Shown in pieces: positions 9,839 to 20,064 of a stretch of DNA of 64,000 bases (position 1 is its first letter; each line of letters starts with the position of its first letter). The position numbers were made by a program, and so were the translations under genes. The DNA comes from an uncultured Actinomycetes bacterium. GTDB lineage: Bacteria > Actinomycetota > Thermoleophilia > RBG-16-64-13. The stretch is taken from positions 64,055 through 128,054 of the forward strand of contig CAVPLM010000011.1 in assembly GCA_963706025.1 (NCBI GenBank). The letters run 5' to 3'. The notes below the pieces were generated by a model. It worked only from the letters and a program-made list of their open reading frames with translations, was not told the origin of the DNA and made no database searches.

Positions 9839-10831
9839 ATGGTCGTCTCGGGAAGAAAGCTTGGACTCTTGGCGGCAGTTGGGCTTCTTCTCGTTGCACT
9901 TCTCCTAGTTGCCTGTACCAATGCCCCCTCGACCCCCACGACCACCCTCCGAACGAGCACCTCGACCTCCACCTCCGTCTCCAAGACTCCCGGCATCTCC
10001 TCGACCTCCAGCCTCCCGCACATCGGCGAGACACAATCGACCATCCTCATAAGTAGGACAAGCCCGTGGGAGGACTATTACCTAGCACTCCACCGCCTGG
10101 ACGCGCTCCTGCAAGCGGACGACCTACGGATGTCCCAGGTAGCGACGGACATCAACCGTACCGCCCCCGACATACCACAGGCGGTCCACGACGAAATTGG
10201 GAAAATGTTCATCGCGCTCCAGCAAGCGGAGATGACCCTCGACCAGGTACCGGACATTCCCGCTGAGTATCGCGAAGCCCACGACCTACTGCTCCAAGCG
10301 GCCAACCACATGCTCATGAGGATTAACCAGACCGGCGTCGCCGTCCAGGATATCTTGAACAGCGGGGACCCCACATCCGGCAACCCCTACTTCCAAGTGG
10401 CGCGCAACTATCGGGACTACTACCGGCAGACGTTTGCGCAGTACCAAGCCGCACTTCCAGGAGGCCAACCGCCCACCGCCGCGGGCGCACAGGAAGGACC
10501 CACCCCCAGCCCCCCCTCGACCGCCGATACCAGTCCGGAGGCGCGTCTAGTCTCCGACCTCTCCGGTGATGGCTACGCCGCCTACGTGGTGAACCACCTG
10601 AACGAGGGCGGGACGACGGTCATCCTGGTCGGGGTCTGGGTGGACATCTACATCTACGAGAAGACTCAGACCACCTACGATGCCATCTACGAGCATGCCA
10701 TCTCGTCAGCGAAGCAGCATGGGGTTGCCGCCGGTGAAGGAGAGCTGCTTAGGGTTGAGCTGGTAGAGGCGCCACCCGGACAGAAGATAATCGAGTCACG
10801 AGACTTCGACCTCAGTGGCGCTGAGGGGTGA
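9839..10831 (+). CDS. Hypothetical lipoprotein with Thr/Ser-rich linker
   Basis: SD AGGAGG, lipobox LVAC and a TTTLRTSTSTSTS linker. Confidence 0.75.
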   Translation: MVVSGRKLGLLAAVGLLLVALLLVACTNAPSTPTTTLRTSTSTSTSVSKTPGISSTSSLPHIGETQSTILISRTSPWEDYYLALHRLDALLQADDLRMSQVATDINRTAPDIPQAVHDEIGKMFIALQQAEMTLDQVPDIPAEYREAHDLLLQAANHMLMRINQTGVAVQDILNSGDPTSGNPYFQVARNYRDYYRQTFAQYQAALPGGQPPTAAGAQEGPTPSPPSTADTSPEARLVSDLSGDGYAAYVVNHLNEGGTTVILVGVWVDIYIYEKTQTTYDAIYEHAISSAKQHGVAAGEGELLRVELVEAPPGQKIIESRDFDLSGAEG

Positions 10832-10996
10832 GAGAGCCATGAGAGCACCACCTCTCGCGCAACTTTACGATGATAGGGTTGGGCCTCCACCGACTCTTTG
10901 AAGGCGTTTGGAGTCATGCGCACAGTAGACGGCCCTCTGGGACCGAGAGGTGCTACAGGAGCCAAGTGGGAACATGCGAGAAGTGGAGGGAGGGAG

Positions 10997-11443
10997 ATGA
11001 TGGGGCAGATGGCCGAAGACCCTAATGTCCGGACAAGGAGGAAGTGGCCGTTTGTCGTTATAGGTTTGGCCATCCTCGTCGGTTTGGTGGTGGGCGCTTT
11101 CGTGGGCATCGTTGGCTATCGGGCGGTGCTCACCAAAGAGCCTGCCGACATGACCGTCTGGCTTAGTAACCCGGTCACCCCGAATCAAGTCGGTGCGCTA
11201 ACGACGGAGATTGCCTCCTGGCCGGAGGTTACAGATGTTACGTTCGTGAGCGAGCTGGAGCGCTACGACAGGCTGAAGCGCGCAGCTGGAAGCCTTCACC
11301 TCATGGAGTGGATGCACGGCAATCCCTTCTCTCCTTCGTTCGAGGTCACCCTCAGCCAGCCGGTACCAGGTCTGGAAGTCCTCCGGCGCTTGCAGGAGAA
11401 CTTCGAACCCGGACTTGTGGACGGGGTCGGCACAAAGTACTAG
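10997..11443 (+). CDS. Single-TM protein with FtsX extracellular-domain-like region
   Basis: One TM, then MTVWLSNPVT...IASWPEVTDVTFVS...NPFSPSFEVTL, resembling the FtsX ECD. The C-terminal permease helices are absent. Confidence 0.6.
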   Translation: MMGQMAEDPNVRTRRKWPFVVIGLAILVGLVVGAFVGIVGYRAVLTKEPADMTVWLSNPVTPNQVGALTTEIASWPEVTDVTFVSELERYDRLKRAAGSLHLMEWMHGNPFSPSFEVTLSQPVPGLEVLRRLQENFEPGLVDGVGTKY

Positions 11444-11570
11444 TACGACGCCACCGATTGAGGATCCACCCGCGTTCCAACGGCACGAACAGGACGCGCT
11501 GTTTCAGGCACCCGCTGTCGTAGACCCACCACAGAAGGAGAGCCTCTTCCCGCCGGAGACATTGTCTTAG

Positions 11571-11825
11571 CTAGGGGGCCAAGTCTGTCGGTGGCCTTCT
11601 TGGGCGCTCACGTTCCTCCGGTGGGAGGTCTTCCTCGTAGCCGTTGCGCATCTCGTCCTGGGCCACGTCCGGGAACTGGGTGTGCCTGTACGCGCCCACC
11701 TCCATGCGTCTTTTCCGTGAGAAAGCCCTCAGTCTGAAGAAGCCGCTCACCACGAGGAGAACAACGAGAACGGCGACGGCAATCCAAAAGAGCCACATGT
11801 CCCCTCGCCACCAAGATTCCAGCAT
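11571..11825 (-). CDS. Small membrane protein
   Basis: Hydrophobic N-terminal helix, charged tail and GGGAG SD. Confidence 0.5.
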   Translation of the reverse strand: MLESWWRGDMWLFWIAVAVLVVLLVVSGFFRLRAFSRKRRMEVGAYRHTQFPDVAQDEMRNGYEEDLPPEERERPRRPPTDLAP

Positions 11826-12086
11826 GTTCGCTCCCTAGCCTCCCCGATGCCGGTTCAGCTCTTCCTGGTGCGGCACGACTTCTACTATCCAGCATAGCCG
11901 GTTTTCCTACTACCCACTGTCGTCACCCCCACCCAGGGCGGAGCTATGCCCAAAACCAAGAAAAGGAGGACGACCATGCACGTCTGGACCGACAAGGAAA
12001 TTGAACAACTGCTACGAGCCGCTGTCATGGATGAAGACTGTTGGGGATGGTCGACTACCCGCGAACCTTCGTCCAGGCGATACCAC

Positions 12087-12548
12087 TCATGGAGGTGTGA
12101 TTCCTCCCTTGTTGGACTCGTCTCGTGCTCTCATCTGCTGTCGTCTCGGAAGAAGCAAAGACGCAATCCCGATGACCGCCACAAAGGCTGCGGCATACTG
12201 CACATAGGAGCCGGGTACGGAGAAGTCCATCAGTCTGCTAGGAAGTATTGACCGGCTTAGTGAAATACTTAGTGATATATCAATAGCATAAGCGAAAGTG
12301 AAACCGAGCCCAACTACCACGAACACCGATGCAACCAACATATCTCTTTTGAGCCGGAATACCACATACCACGATAGAAGCATCAACGCAATCGACAGAA
12401 TAATGACAGCAAAGGAGGCAAACCATAGATATGGCCTCATATCTGTGGTAAGACCTGCTTCTAGGCGCAGATGCATGAGGACCCGTGAAAGGTAATGGGC
12501 CACAACAAATACACCTACCAAGCCAGCAAATGAAACCAGTTTTGACAT
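12087..12548 (-). CDS. Multi-pass membrane hypothetical protein (low GC)
   Basis: Four hydrophobic segments and SD GGAGG upstream of MSKLVSF. Confidence 0.6.
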   Translation of the reverse strand: MSKLVSFAGLVGVFVVAHYLSRVLMHLRLEAGLTTDMRPYLWFASFAVIILSIALMLLSWYVVFRLKRDMLVASVFVVVGLGFTFAYAIDISLSISLSRSILPSRLMDFSVPGSYVQYAAAFVAVIGIASLLLPRRQQMRARDESNKGGITPP

Positions 12549-12915
12549 GATGCGCCTCCAGGTGCTGTCTGGTGCCACACTGTCCGAAAAGGACATGACA
12601 ATCTTACATCCATGTGCTGTCTCTTCGTCAGAAGCCACTCCCCAACCAAAGTGAGTCTAACCTCCCCGATAGCAGCCATTTCTCGGGCTATCGGGGGATT
12701 GGGACCGGAGGCAAAGACGAGGGCAGTGTCACAGAGGTACCGGAGCCAGTGTCGCCCAGGTATCGGAGCCGCGTCCCGGAGTGCCACACGGCTACCGGAG
12801 CCAATGTGGAAAGTATGTACCGGGACCGCACATCTAGGGCGAAGATACCGAGAAGGCAATGTGATACAACCATTCCTGAAGCTGCTTGCACTATAGGCCG
12901 TTTCGGGGGGCAAAG

Positions 12916-14263
12916 ATGTCGCAGAACGAAGACCGAAGCAGTCCAGACCCGCAGGCGACGCGGGAGACGCGAGGGGCACAGGGACCGCAGGAGGCGCAGG
13001 CCGCCCACGCGCAGACCGCGCAGACCGCGCAGGCGGCGGCCCAGGCCCTGCGCGACCAGTTGGAGCCCTGGCATCGGGCGGTGGCCGACCCCGCCCAGGC
13101 CCAGGAGACCGTGCTCCGCCGGATCCTTCGCGACTATGCGCAGACGGGCTACGGCACTGCCCATGGCGCAGCGGAGGTCGCCGGCGCCGAGGGCATCGCG
13201 GACCCAGCGGGCGGCGATGGCGATCGCCCGAGCGGCGACGGCGGGCCGGCCGGCGGCGCCGCCGGCCGCCGCCCGGATAGCCGCCCTCATCGCCGCGTAC
13301 CGGCGCGCCTTCCCCGTCATGACCTACGACGACTACAAGCCCCTCATCGACGCCGTCATGGCCGGCGAGACCGGCCTGCTCCTGTGCGAGGAGCCGGTGG
13401 GCTGGGCCATCACCCGGGGCACGGTCGAGGGCGAGTCCAAGTTCATCCCCATGACCCCCACCGACCTCCGCATGCGCGTGAGCGCCGGCCGGGCCATGAT
13501 GGCCTACGTGGCCGCCACCAAGCGGCTGGACCTCTTCGCCGGCGTCAACCTCAACCTCAACTTCCCCTCCACTGTGGGCACTGTCCGCGTGGGCGACCGG
13601 GAGCTCGAATACGGCTACAGCTCCGGCATCTACACCAAGCACGTGTCCAAGTTCACGCCCATCCGCTCGGTCCCCGCCCAGGAGGAGATCGACGCGCTCG
13701 GCGGAGGCACCACCCGCGCGACTGGGACGACCGCTTCGAGCTGGCCATCGAGAAATGCCGGGGCGAGAATGTCACGCTGGTCGGGGGAGTCTGCCAGACC
13801 GCCCTCGAGTTCGGGCGCTACCTAAGCCGGCGCCACGGCGTCTATCCCAAGCAGCTCTGGAAGACCCAGATCATGACCCTGGGCAGCACTCCGGGCATCA
13901 ACACCCGGCACGCCGCCCAGCTCAACGCCCTCTACGGGCCGGTGGCCATCCGGGAGATCTACGGCGCCACCGAGGGCATGTTCGGCCAGCAGCGCGACGA
14001 CCAGAAGGCCTGGGTGCCGAACTATGATCTCTTCTTCTTCGAGGTGCTCGACCCGCTCGGGCATCAAGATGCTCCACGAGATGAAGCCCGGCGAGACGGG
14101 CAGCCTGGTCGTCTCGACCCCCATCCTGGCCCGCTACCGCATCGGCGACACCATCCTGGCCCTGCGCCCGCCCTACTTCCGCTGCATCGGCCGGGAGTAC
14201 TGGTGGACGCGCCTCGACTACCACTGGCACGAACTGAGCAGCTTCAACCTGGGACGGCTCTAG
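12916..14263 (+). CDS. GH3 auxin-responsive-family acyl-adenylate ligase-like protein (frameshifted)
   Basis: YRRAFPVMTYDDYKPLID...WAITRGTVEGESKFIPMT...REIYGATEG...LVVSTPILARYRIGD, spread over three frames. Confidence 0.75.
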
Positions 14264-14372
14264 CCGCCAACCAGCGGATCTCAAGACCGCCCAGGCGGAA
14301 GGTGAGGGTCGATGTCATTGTTCCTGGCGTTTTCGACTGCCTGCACCTTTCTGTTCCGCACGATGCCTTCGC

Positions 14373-14436
14373 TTGACTTCCGCCTGCTCCGCTGCTAGAT
14401 TGCCTGCGGCATCTAAATGAGTATCATTCTCATTTA
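14373..14436 (+). promoter_or_regulatory. Sigma70-type promoter and Fur/Zur-type operator
   Basis: TTGACT-N17-TAGATT (14373-14401) followed by the imperfect palindrome TAAATGAGTATCATTCTCATTTA (14414-14436), upstream of a Fur-family gene. Confidence 0.75.
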
Positions 14437-14485
14437 GCCTCGCACAACGTGCCTCACACCCGGCTAACTGACTACTGGAATCGCG

Positions 14486-14962
14486 ATGCTCGATCTGTCC
14501 ACGGTGATCTCGGAGCTCTCCCACCACGGGTTCAAGCAAACCCGCCAGCGCCTCGCGGTGCTCGAGGTGATTGCGGGCGCTCAGGCGCGTATGAGCCCTG
14601 CCCAGGTCCACGAGCAGGCTCGGCAGCTCTGCCCCGACCTGGGACTGGCCACCGTCTACCGCACCCTGGAGATCCTGGACCGGCTGGGGGCCATCCGCCG
14701 CGTGCACATGACGGACAACTGCGAGGGCTTCGCGCCCGCCGGCCTGGGCAAGGGCCATCATGTGGTGTGTGTCAACTGCGGAAGGGTGGCCGAGTTCACC
14801 GGCTGCAACGTGTCGAAACTCGTCCCGATGGCGACGCGGCAGACCGGGTTCCACGTCCAAGAGCACTTCTTGGAACTAATGGGTACCTGTGACGACTGCT
14901 ACCGGGCCGCGGCGGGCATGGCAAACGCGCACGAGGATAGGAGAAGCAGATGCGCGTGCTGA
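14486..14962 (+). CDS. Fur family transcriptional repressor (Zur-like)
   Basis: TRQRLAVLEVI...LATVYRTLEIL...HHVVCVNCG...GTCDDC. Confidence 0.9.
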   Translation: MLDLSTVISELSHHGFKQTRQRLAVLEVIAGAQARMSPAQVHEQARQLCPDLGLATVYRTLEILDRLGAIRRVHMTDNCEGFAPAGLGKGHHVVCVNCGRVAEFTGCNVSKLVPMATRQTGFHVQEHFLELMGTCDDCYRAAAGMANAHEDRRSRCAC

Positions 14963-15954
14963 GGCAGAAGCGGGCTGTCGCAGTCGGCCTGTGGGTGACT
15001 GTCGTGGTCTTGCTGATGAGTGCGATGTGGGCGGCGGGTTGTGGCTCCGACCAGGACGGTGCGCTTGGAACGACCGCAGTTGGCGGAACCTCTCTTAGCG
15101 TACTGGCCGCTGAGACCTTCCTGGCCGACATCGCCCAGAATGTGGCCGGCGACAAGGTGCAGGTGCAGTCCCTCATGCCGGTAGGGGCGGATCCTCACAG
15201 CTTCGAGCCCACCCCGGCCGACGTCGCCCGCGTGGCCGAGTGTAACGTGCTGATCGTGAACGGCGCCGGCTTCGAGGCCTCCTTCAACGAGATTCTCATG
15301 AACGCCGGCGAGCAGGCCCAGTTGATCGAAGCGGCTGCCGGGCTCACGAGCCGCACCGCGCGTGAGGGGGAGGAGGCCGTCGTGCTCGACACCGATCTGG
15401 CCGACGGAGGCCATCACCATGATGAGGGCGACCCCCACTTCTGGCTGGACCCGACCCTTGTGGTGAAATACGTCGAGAACATCCGCGACGGCCTCAGCCA
15501 AGCCGACCCGTCCAACGCAGCCGCCTACGCGGCGAACGCGGCCACGTACATCGCCAAATTGAACGAGTTGGATGCGTGGATCAAGGAGCAGGTGGCCCAG
15601 ATCCCGCCCACGCAACGCCTGCTGGTCACCAACCACGAGAGCTTCGGCTACTTCGCCGATAGGTACGGCTTCAAAGTGGTAGGCACCATCATGCCCAGCG
15701 TGAGCACCGGCTCATCGCCGTCTGCGCAGCAGCTTGCCCGTCTGATCGATACGATAGAGCAGACCGGCGCCCGCGCCGTCTTCCTGGAGACCGGTTCCAA
15801 TCCGCAACTTGCAGAGCAGGTGGCCGCGCAGACCGGAGTCACGGCGGTGACCGAGCTCTACAGCCACTCGGTCACGGAGGCCGGTGGCCCTGCCCCCACC
15901 TACCTGGACATGATGAGAGCCAACACCCAGGCCATAGTCGGGGCCCTGAAGTAG
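14950..15954 (+). CDS. Zn/Mn ABC transporter substrate-binding lipoprotein (ZnuA/TroA family)
   Basis: ADPHSFEP, His-rich HHHDEGDPHFWLDP, VTNHESFGYFA and lipobox AGC. Confidence 0.92.
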   Translation: MRVLRQKRAVAVGLWVTVVVLLMSAMWAAGCGSDQDGALGTTAVGGTSLSVLAAETFLADIAQNVAGDKVQVQSLMPVGADPHSFEPTPADVARVAECNVLIVNGAGFEASFNEILMNAGEQAQLIEAAAGLTSRTAREGEEAVVLDTDLADGGHHHDEGDPHFWLDPTLVVKYVENIRDGLSQADPSNAAAYAANAATYIAKLNELDAWIKEQVAQIPPTQRLLVTNHESFGYFADRYGFKVVGTIMPSVSTGSSPSAQQLARLIDTIEQTGARAVFLETGSNPQLAEQVAAQTGVTAVTELYSHSVTEAGGPAPTYLDMMRANTQAIVGALK

Positions 15955-16045
15955 ACGTCATGGCCCGCTCCGGTCGCAGGCCGGCCGGAAACCCTGTCGG
16001 AGCATGGAGAACAAGTCCGGTCCAGGGCTGCCGGCCGGGCGGCCC

Positions 16046-16534
16046 CTAGCGCCGCGGCACCAGCCGACCGACCAGTATGCCCACCCCGATGGCGATGACC
16101 ACCACCGGTCCGATGACCTCCCAGTTCCCGAACCAGAGGCCGAAACCCACCCCCAGCCAGATGGCGCACCAGATCAAGGAACCGAGTACCGGTCGCCGCC
16201 ACCTGGGAACGACGATCCTGAGCAGGACTTCGGCGAGGAAGATGACTCCGCCTCCCCAGAAGAAGACGGCCCACCCCTGATCTTCCTCTCTGAAGACGTC
16301 TTGGTTCTGCAGCAACAAGGTCACGCCGAACCAGATGATCACAAGCGCCCAAGCAACGAAGCCCAGCGGGTTGCGCCGGTACTTCTCGTCCAGATTTCGG
16401 CCCTTCTCCTGTTTCTTCTCCTGCCCTTTTTCCTGTTGCTTCTCGTCCTGTTTCTCGCCGCGATGCTGCTCTGGTGGCCGCTGCTGTTGCAGCGGCTGGT
16501 TTTGTGGCTGCTGGTCTTGCTGCTCTGGATCCAT
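16046..16534 (-). CDS. Membrane protein with Gln/Glu/Lys-rich N-terminus
   Basis: Four hydrophobic helices and GGAGG SD. Confidence 0.65.
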   Translation of the reverse strand: MDPEQQDQQPQNQPLQQQRPPEQHRGEKQDEKQQEKGQEKKQEKGRNLDEKYRRNPLGFVAWALVIIWFGVTLLLQNQDVFREEDQGWAVFFWGGGVIFLAEVLLRIVVPRWRRPVLGSLIWCAIWLGVGFGLWFGNWEVIGPVVVIAIGVGILVGRLVPRR

Positions 16535-16736
16535 AGTCGCCTCCCAAAACCGGAACTCTGCCACGACGCTTCGATCTCGCGATCACTACCCTTTCGATTC
16601 TACACGGATTGATAGCTTTGTTGAACCGCTCGTCAAGCACCGGCCAAGCGGGTGCTACGCTGTAGTCTGATCGAGATTCGTCAAGGGCTTTTGCGGGGGC
16701 GGAGGCGCGACAGGTGCGTAGATACGAAGCGCGGAG

Positions 16737-17516
16737 GTGGACGTGGGCAGATTGAGAGACAAGGTCGCCATAGTCACCGGCGCGGGCTCGGGGATAGGCC
16801 GGGCAGTCGCGATCGCATTCGCCAAGGAGGGCGCGCGCGTCGTGGTCAACGATCGCCGGCGAGACGGGATGGGCGAAGAGACCGTCGCCTTGATCGAAGC
16901 GGCCGGCGGCGACGCCGTCTACGTCGACGCCGACGTCAGCCGGGAAGCGGAGGTCGAGCGGCTCGTCCAGACGGCGGTCGACACCTACGGGCGACTGGAC
17001 GTCCTGGTGAACAACGCCGGCGTGGCGATATACAAGCCGCTTCAAGAGCTGACCGAGCAGGACTTCGACCTCGTGGTCGCCGTCAATCAGAAGGGGACCT
17101 TCTTCGGGACCAAGCACGCCGTCCCGGCGATGATCGCGGCCGGAGGAGGATCGATCATAAACACGGCTTCCATCGCCGCGGACCACGGCCAGCACGGCTC
17201 CTTCGTCTACGGCGCCACCAAAGGGGCGATCCTGTCGATGACCAGGATCGCCGCTGCCGAACTGGCGCAGTTCAACATCCGCGTGAACGCCGTCCAGCCC
17301 GGTGTGATCAAGACGGGCATGGCCGCCGCCGGCGGCGAGCACAGGGCCCGGGTGATGGAGCGGTGCGCCCGGGAGACCCCGCTGGGGAATCGGATAGGGA
17401 CTACCGAGGAGTGCGCGCCTCTCTACGTCTTCCTGGCGTCGGACGAATCCAGCTTCATCACGGGTCAGAAGATGGCGGTGGACGGCGGCATCCTTGCCGA
17501 GAGCCACATCATATGA
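16737..17516 (+). CDS. SDR family oxidoreductase
   Basis: TGAGSGIG, NNAG and YGATK motifs. Confidence 0.93.
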   Translation: MDVGRLRDKVAIVTGAGSGIGRAVAIAFAKEGARVVVNDRRRDGMGEETVALIEAAGGDAVYVDADVSREAEVERLVQTAVDTYGRLDVLVNNAGVAIYKPLQELTEQDFDLVVAVNQKGTFFGTKHAVPAMIAAGGGSIINTASIAADHGQHGSFVYGATKGAILSMTRIAAAELAQFNIRVNAVQPGVIKTGMAAAGGEHRARVMERCARETPLGNRIGTTEECAPLYVFLASDESSFITGQKMAVDGGILAESHII

Positions 17517-17587
17517 CCCGCGCCGGCGGAGACCTGGTCTAGCGGAGACCTGCCCCAGGGGATCCCCGCCCTTGGCGGATCCCCGCC

Positions 17588-18349
17588 CTAGGAGATCCCG
17601 AGGATCTTGTGTATCTGGAGCGACAGGCGCCACTCTGGATGGTCCATGACGAGCGCGATGGCCCGCCTGCACGACTCCTGGTAGGGGCCGGCGTCCCCCC
17701 CACCCCTCCCGGCCACTCCCCCCGCCCCGGCCATCCCGGCCACCGCTCCTTCCCCGGACGCGGGCTGCAGAAAGACGACGGCGCCCGGGTGCGACGCGGC
17801 CAGCCGCTCCGCGGTGGCCGCGTCCAGGTGGTCGTCGACCACCAGCTTGAGTTCGTCCACGGACCCGGCCCACTGCGAAGCGACGAAGTAGTCCGGCGGC
17901 TTGGGGCTGATCACGACCCAGTCGAAGGCGCATCGGGCGTCGGTAGCCCCGCTCGAGGCCGCGCCGGCGCCTTCCCAGGCGACGGTCGGCCCTTCGCGCG
18001 GGACGAGGGGCGCCGGCGGGTTCACGGTCCCATTGGTCTCCAAGTGCACCCGAATTCCCCACCTGTGCGCCTCGGCCACAAGCTCTCCCACAACATCAAC
18101 TTGAAGTAGAGGTTCACCTCCGGTGAGGCAGAGGCGCGGCAGATGAACCCGGCGAAGGATCTCGGCGACCTCCAGCTCTTCACCGGCGCCACGGTCCCAG
18201 CTGCCGGGCGTGTCGCACCAGGCCACACACCCCAGTCCCAGCTCCGGACCGTTACATCCGGACAGGCGGACGAAGGTCATGGGAGTGCCGGTCCAGTAGC
18301 CCTCACCCTGGAGCGAGTCGAAGATCTCCAATGTTCGCAGGGTGGTCAT
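17588..18349 (-). CDS. queE: 7-carboxy-7-deazaguanine synthase (radical SAM)
   Basis: EIFDSLQGEG...FVRLSGC...WCDT, LTGGEP, LETNG, SPK, WRLSLQIHK; operon with queD/C/F. Confidence 0.92.
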   Translation of the reverse strand: MTTLRTLEIFDSLQGEGYWTGTPMTFVRLSGCNGPELGLGCVAWCDTPGSWDRGAGEELEVAEILRRVHLPRLCLTGGEPLLQVDVVGELVAEAHRWGIRVHLETNGTVNPPAPLVPREGPTVAWEGAGAASSGATDARCAFDWVVISPKPPDYFVASQWAGSVDELKLVVDDHLDAATAERLAASHPGAVVFLQPASGEGAVAGMAGAGGVAGRGGGDAGPYQESCRRAIALVMDHPEWRLSLQIHKILGIS

Positions 18350-18403
18350 CGCGGCAGGGTGGTCATCGCGGCAGGGGCATCGATATCGCCGTCTGCCTGC
18401 CTG

Positions 18404-18766
18404 TCAGGCAGTGACTTCCACGTACGTGTTCGGCCCCTCGGCCAGACGCACCCGCACCACCGGTAGACCGGCATCCTGCAGGCGGCCGAAGACCCAGGCC
18501 GCCACGGCCTCCACCGTGGGCACGAAATCGAAGAGCTCATTGAGGAGCTGGTGATCGAGGTGGTCGATGATCAGTTCGTCAACCCGTTGCCGAAGGTCGG
18601 CGAAATCCATGACCATCCCCGCCGCGGGGCCAAACTGCTGAGGCTTGCCCTCCACCGTCACTTCCAGGCCATAGGTGTGGCCGTGCAAACGGCAGCATTT
18701 GCCCTCGTGCTCGGGCAGCCGGTGGGCAGCGGCGAAAGTGGCGGCAACTGTGATGGTGGTCTTCAC
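18404..18766 (-). CDS. queD: 6-carboxy-5,6,7,8-tetrahydropterin synthase
   Basis: FAAAHRLPEHEGKCCRLHGHTY...GMVMDF...LDHQLLNE. Confidence 0.92.
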   Translation of the reverse strand: MKTTITVAATFAAAHRLPEHEGKCCRLHGHTYGLEVTVEGKPQQFGPAAGMVMDFADLRQRVDELIIDHLDHQLLNELFDFVPTVEAVAAWVFGRLQDAGLPVVRVRLAEGPNTYVEVTA

Positions 18767-18783
18767 GACGGAGCCGGGAGTCC

Positions 18784-19657
18784 TCAGCTGCCTGCGCGAG
18801 GATTCGCCGCGCCTTGGTCGGTTGCCGCGCCGTGGTCGGTCGGCGCGACTTCGTCGACCGCCGCGCCCCCGCCGGCCGTTGGGCCCCCGCCGGCCGTCGC
18901 GCCTTCGCCGTGGCCACCGGCCTGCTGCTCGTAGGGGATGGGGTCGACGGCACCGGCGCTTCTGAAGGCAGCCAGCCTTGCCTGGCACGTATCGCACACG
19001 CCACAGGCCGGCCGGCGGCCCTGGTAGCAGGAGTGGGTCAGCTCGTAAGGGACGCCGTGGTCCAGGCCCCAACGGATGATGTCGGCCTTAGACCAGTGGA
19101 CGAACGGCGCCTGCACCCGCAGTTCGTACTGCGTGCCCAGCAGCACCGCCTCGTCGGCGGCCGCCACGAACTCGGGCCGGCAGTCGGGGTAGCCGGTGTG
19201 GTCGTCGTGATGGACTCCCAACCACAAGACCCCGGGGCCGAAGGCGTCCTGGAGACTGGCCATGTGCGCCAGGAAGAGCAGGTTCCGCGCCGGCACGTAC
19301 GACGGCGCCACCCCACTGATGCCCGCGAGATCGCGTCCCTCGGGCAGGGCCACTTCGGCGTCGGTGAGCGCCGAACCGTGGATGGGAGCAAGCTCGATCA
19401 GGAAATGCTCCATCCCGAACGCCGCAGCCACCGTCCGGGCGGCCTCCAACTCGACGACGTGCTTCTGACCGTAGAGGAAGGTGTAGGCCTTGACCGGTTC
19501 CCCCGGATGCTGCTCCCTTATCCAAGCGGCGAGCGTTGTCGAATCCAGACCGCCGCTAAGGAGCAGGCAGTGCGTCGACTGTCGCGGGCGCCGGCGCGGG
19601 CGCCGAAGCCAGCCGCGGTCCGGGCGCGGGCGCCGCGCCGGCCGCCCGCTCGCTCAT
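18784..19657 (-). CDS. queC: 7-cyano-7-deazaguanine synthase (frameshift near the 5' end)
   Basis: LLSGGLDSTT, YGQKH, YVPARN, YPDCRPEF, THSCY...CGVCDTC. ATG 19657 overlaps the queF stop. Confidence 0.92.
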
Positions 19658-20064
19658 GTCCTCTCCCGGCAACCGTGCTCGGCTCGCACCACGGTCTTGA
19701 TGTTGCCGCGCACGCTGAAATCGGCGGTGACCCGCATCCAGCGGGGTTGGAGAAGCGTCACGAGATCGTCCAGGATTTGATTGGCAGCCGCCTCGTGTGA
19801 GATATGGCGATCCCGGTAGCCGTTGATGTACAGCTTGAGGGATCTCAGCTCCACGATCCACTCGGCCGGCTGGTAGCGGATCTTGATCAGGGCGAAATCG
19901 GGGAAGCCCGAACGAGGGCAGAGACAGGTGAACTCCGGGATGTCCAGCGAGATGAGGTAGGCCCTCTCTGGGTGCGGATTGGGCCACGGCTCGAGCTTGT
20001 TCTCGCGGATCGCGATGGTGCCGTAGAGCTCGCTCGGCGCTTGCTTGTCAGGGCCGTTTTCCAT
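19654..20064 (-). CDS. queF: NADPH-dependent preQ0 reductase (type I QueF)
   Basis: PEFTCLCPRSGFPDF, ELRSLKLY, SHE, RGNI. Confidence 0.93.
   Translation of the reverse strand: MENGPDKQAPSELYGTIAIRENKLEPWPNPHPERAYLISLDIPEFTCLCPRSGFPDFALIKIRYQPAEWIVELRSLKLYINGYRDRHISHEAAANQILDDLVTLLQPRWMRVTADFSVRGNIKTVVRAEHGCRERT

Noticed and set aside
15900-18062. Long 720-aa minus-strand ORF and similar long shadow ORFs (e.g. 25110..26912, 1982..3217, 28395..29831)
   Set aside because: They are Arg/Pro/Gly-rich antisense or off-frame products overlapping well-supported genes, typical of high-GC DNA.
17588-20064. Dpd-type 7-deazaguanine DNA modification/defence island
   Set aside because: No dpdA/tgt-like or other dpd genes are nearby, and the presence of queF fits ordinary queuosine precursor synthesis.
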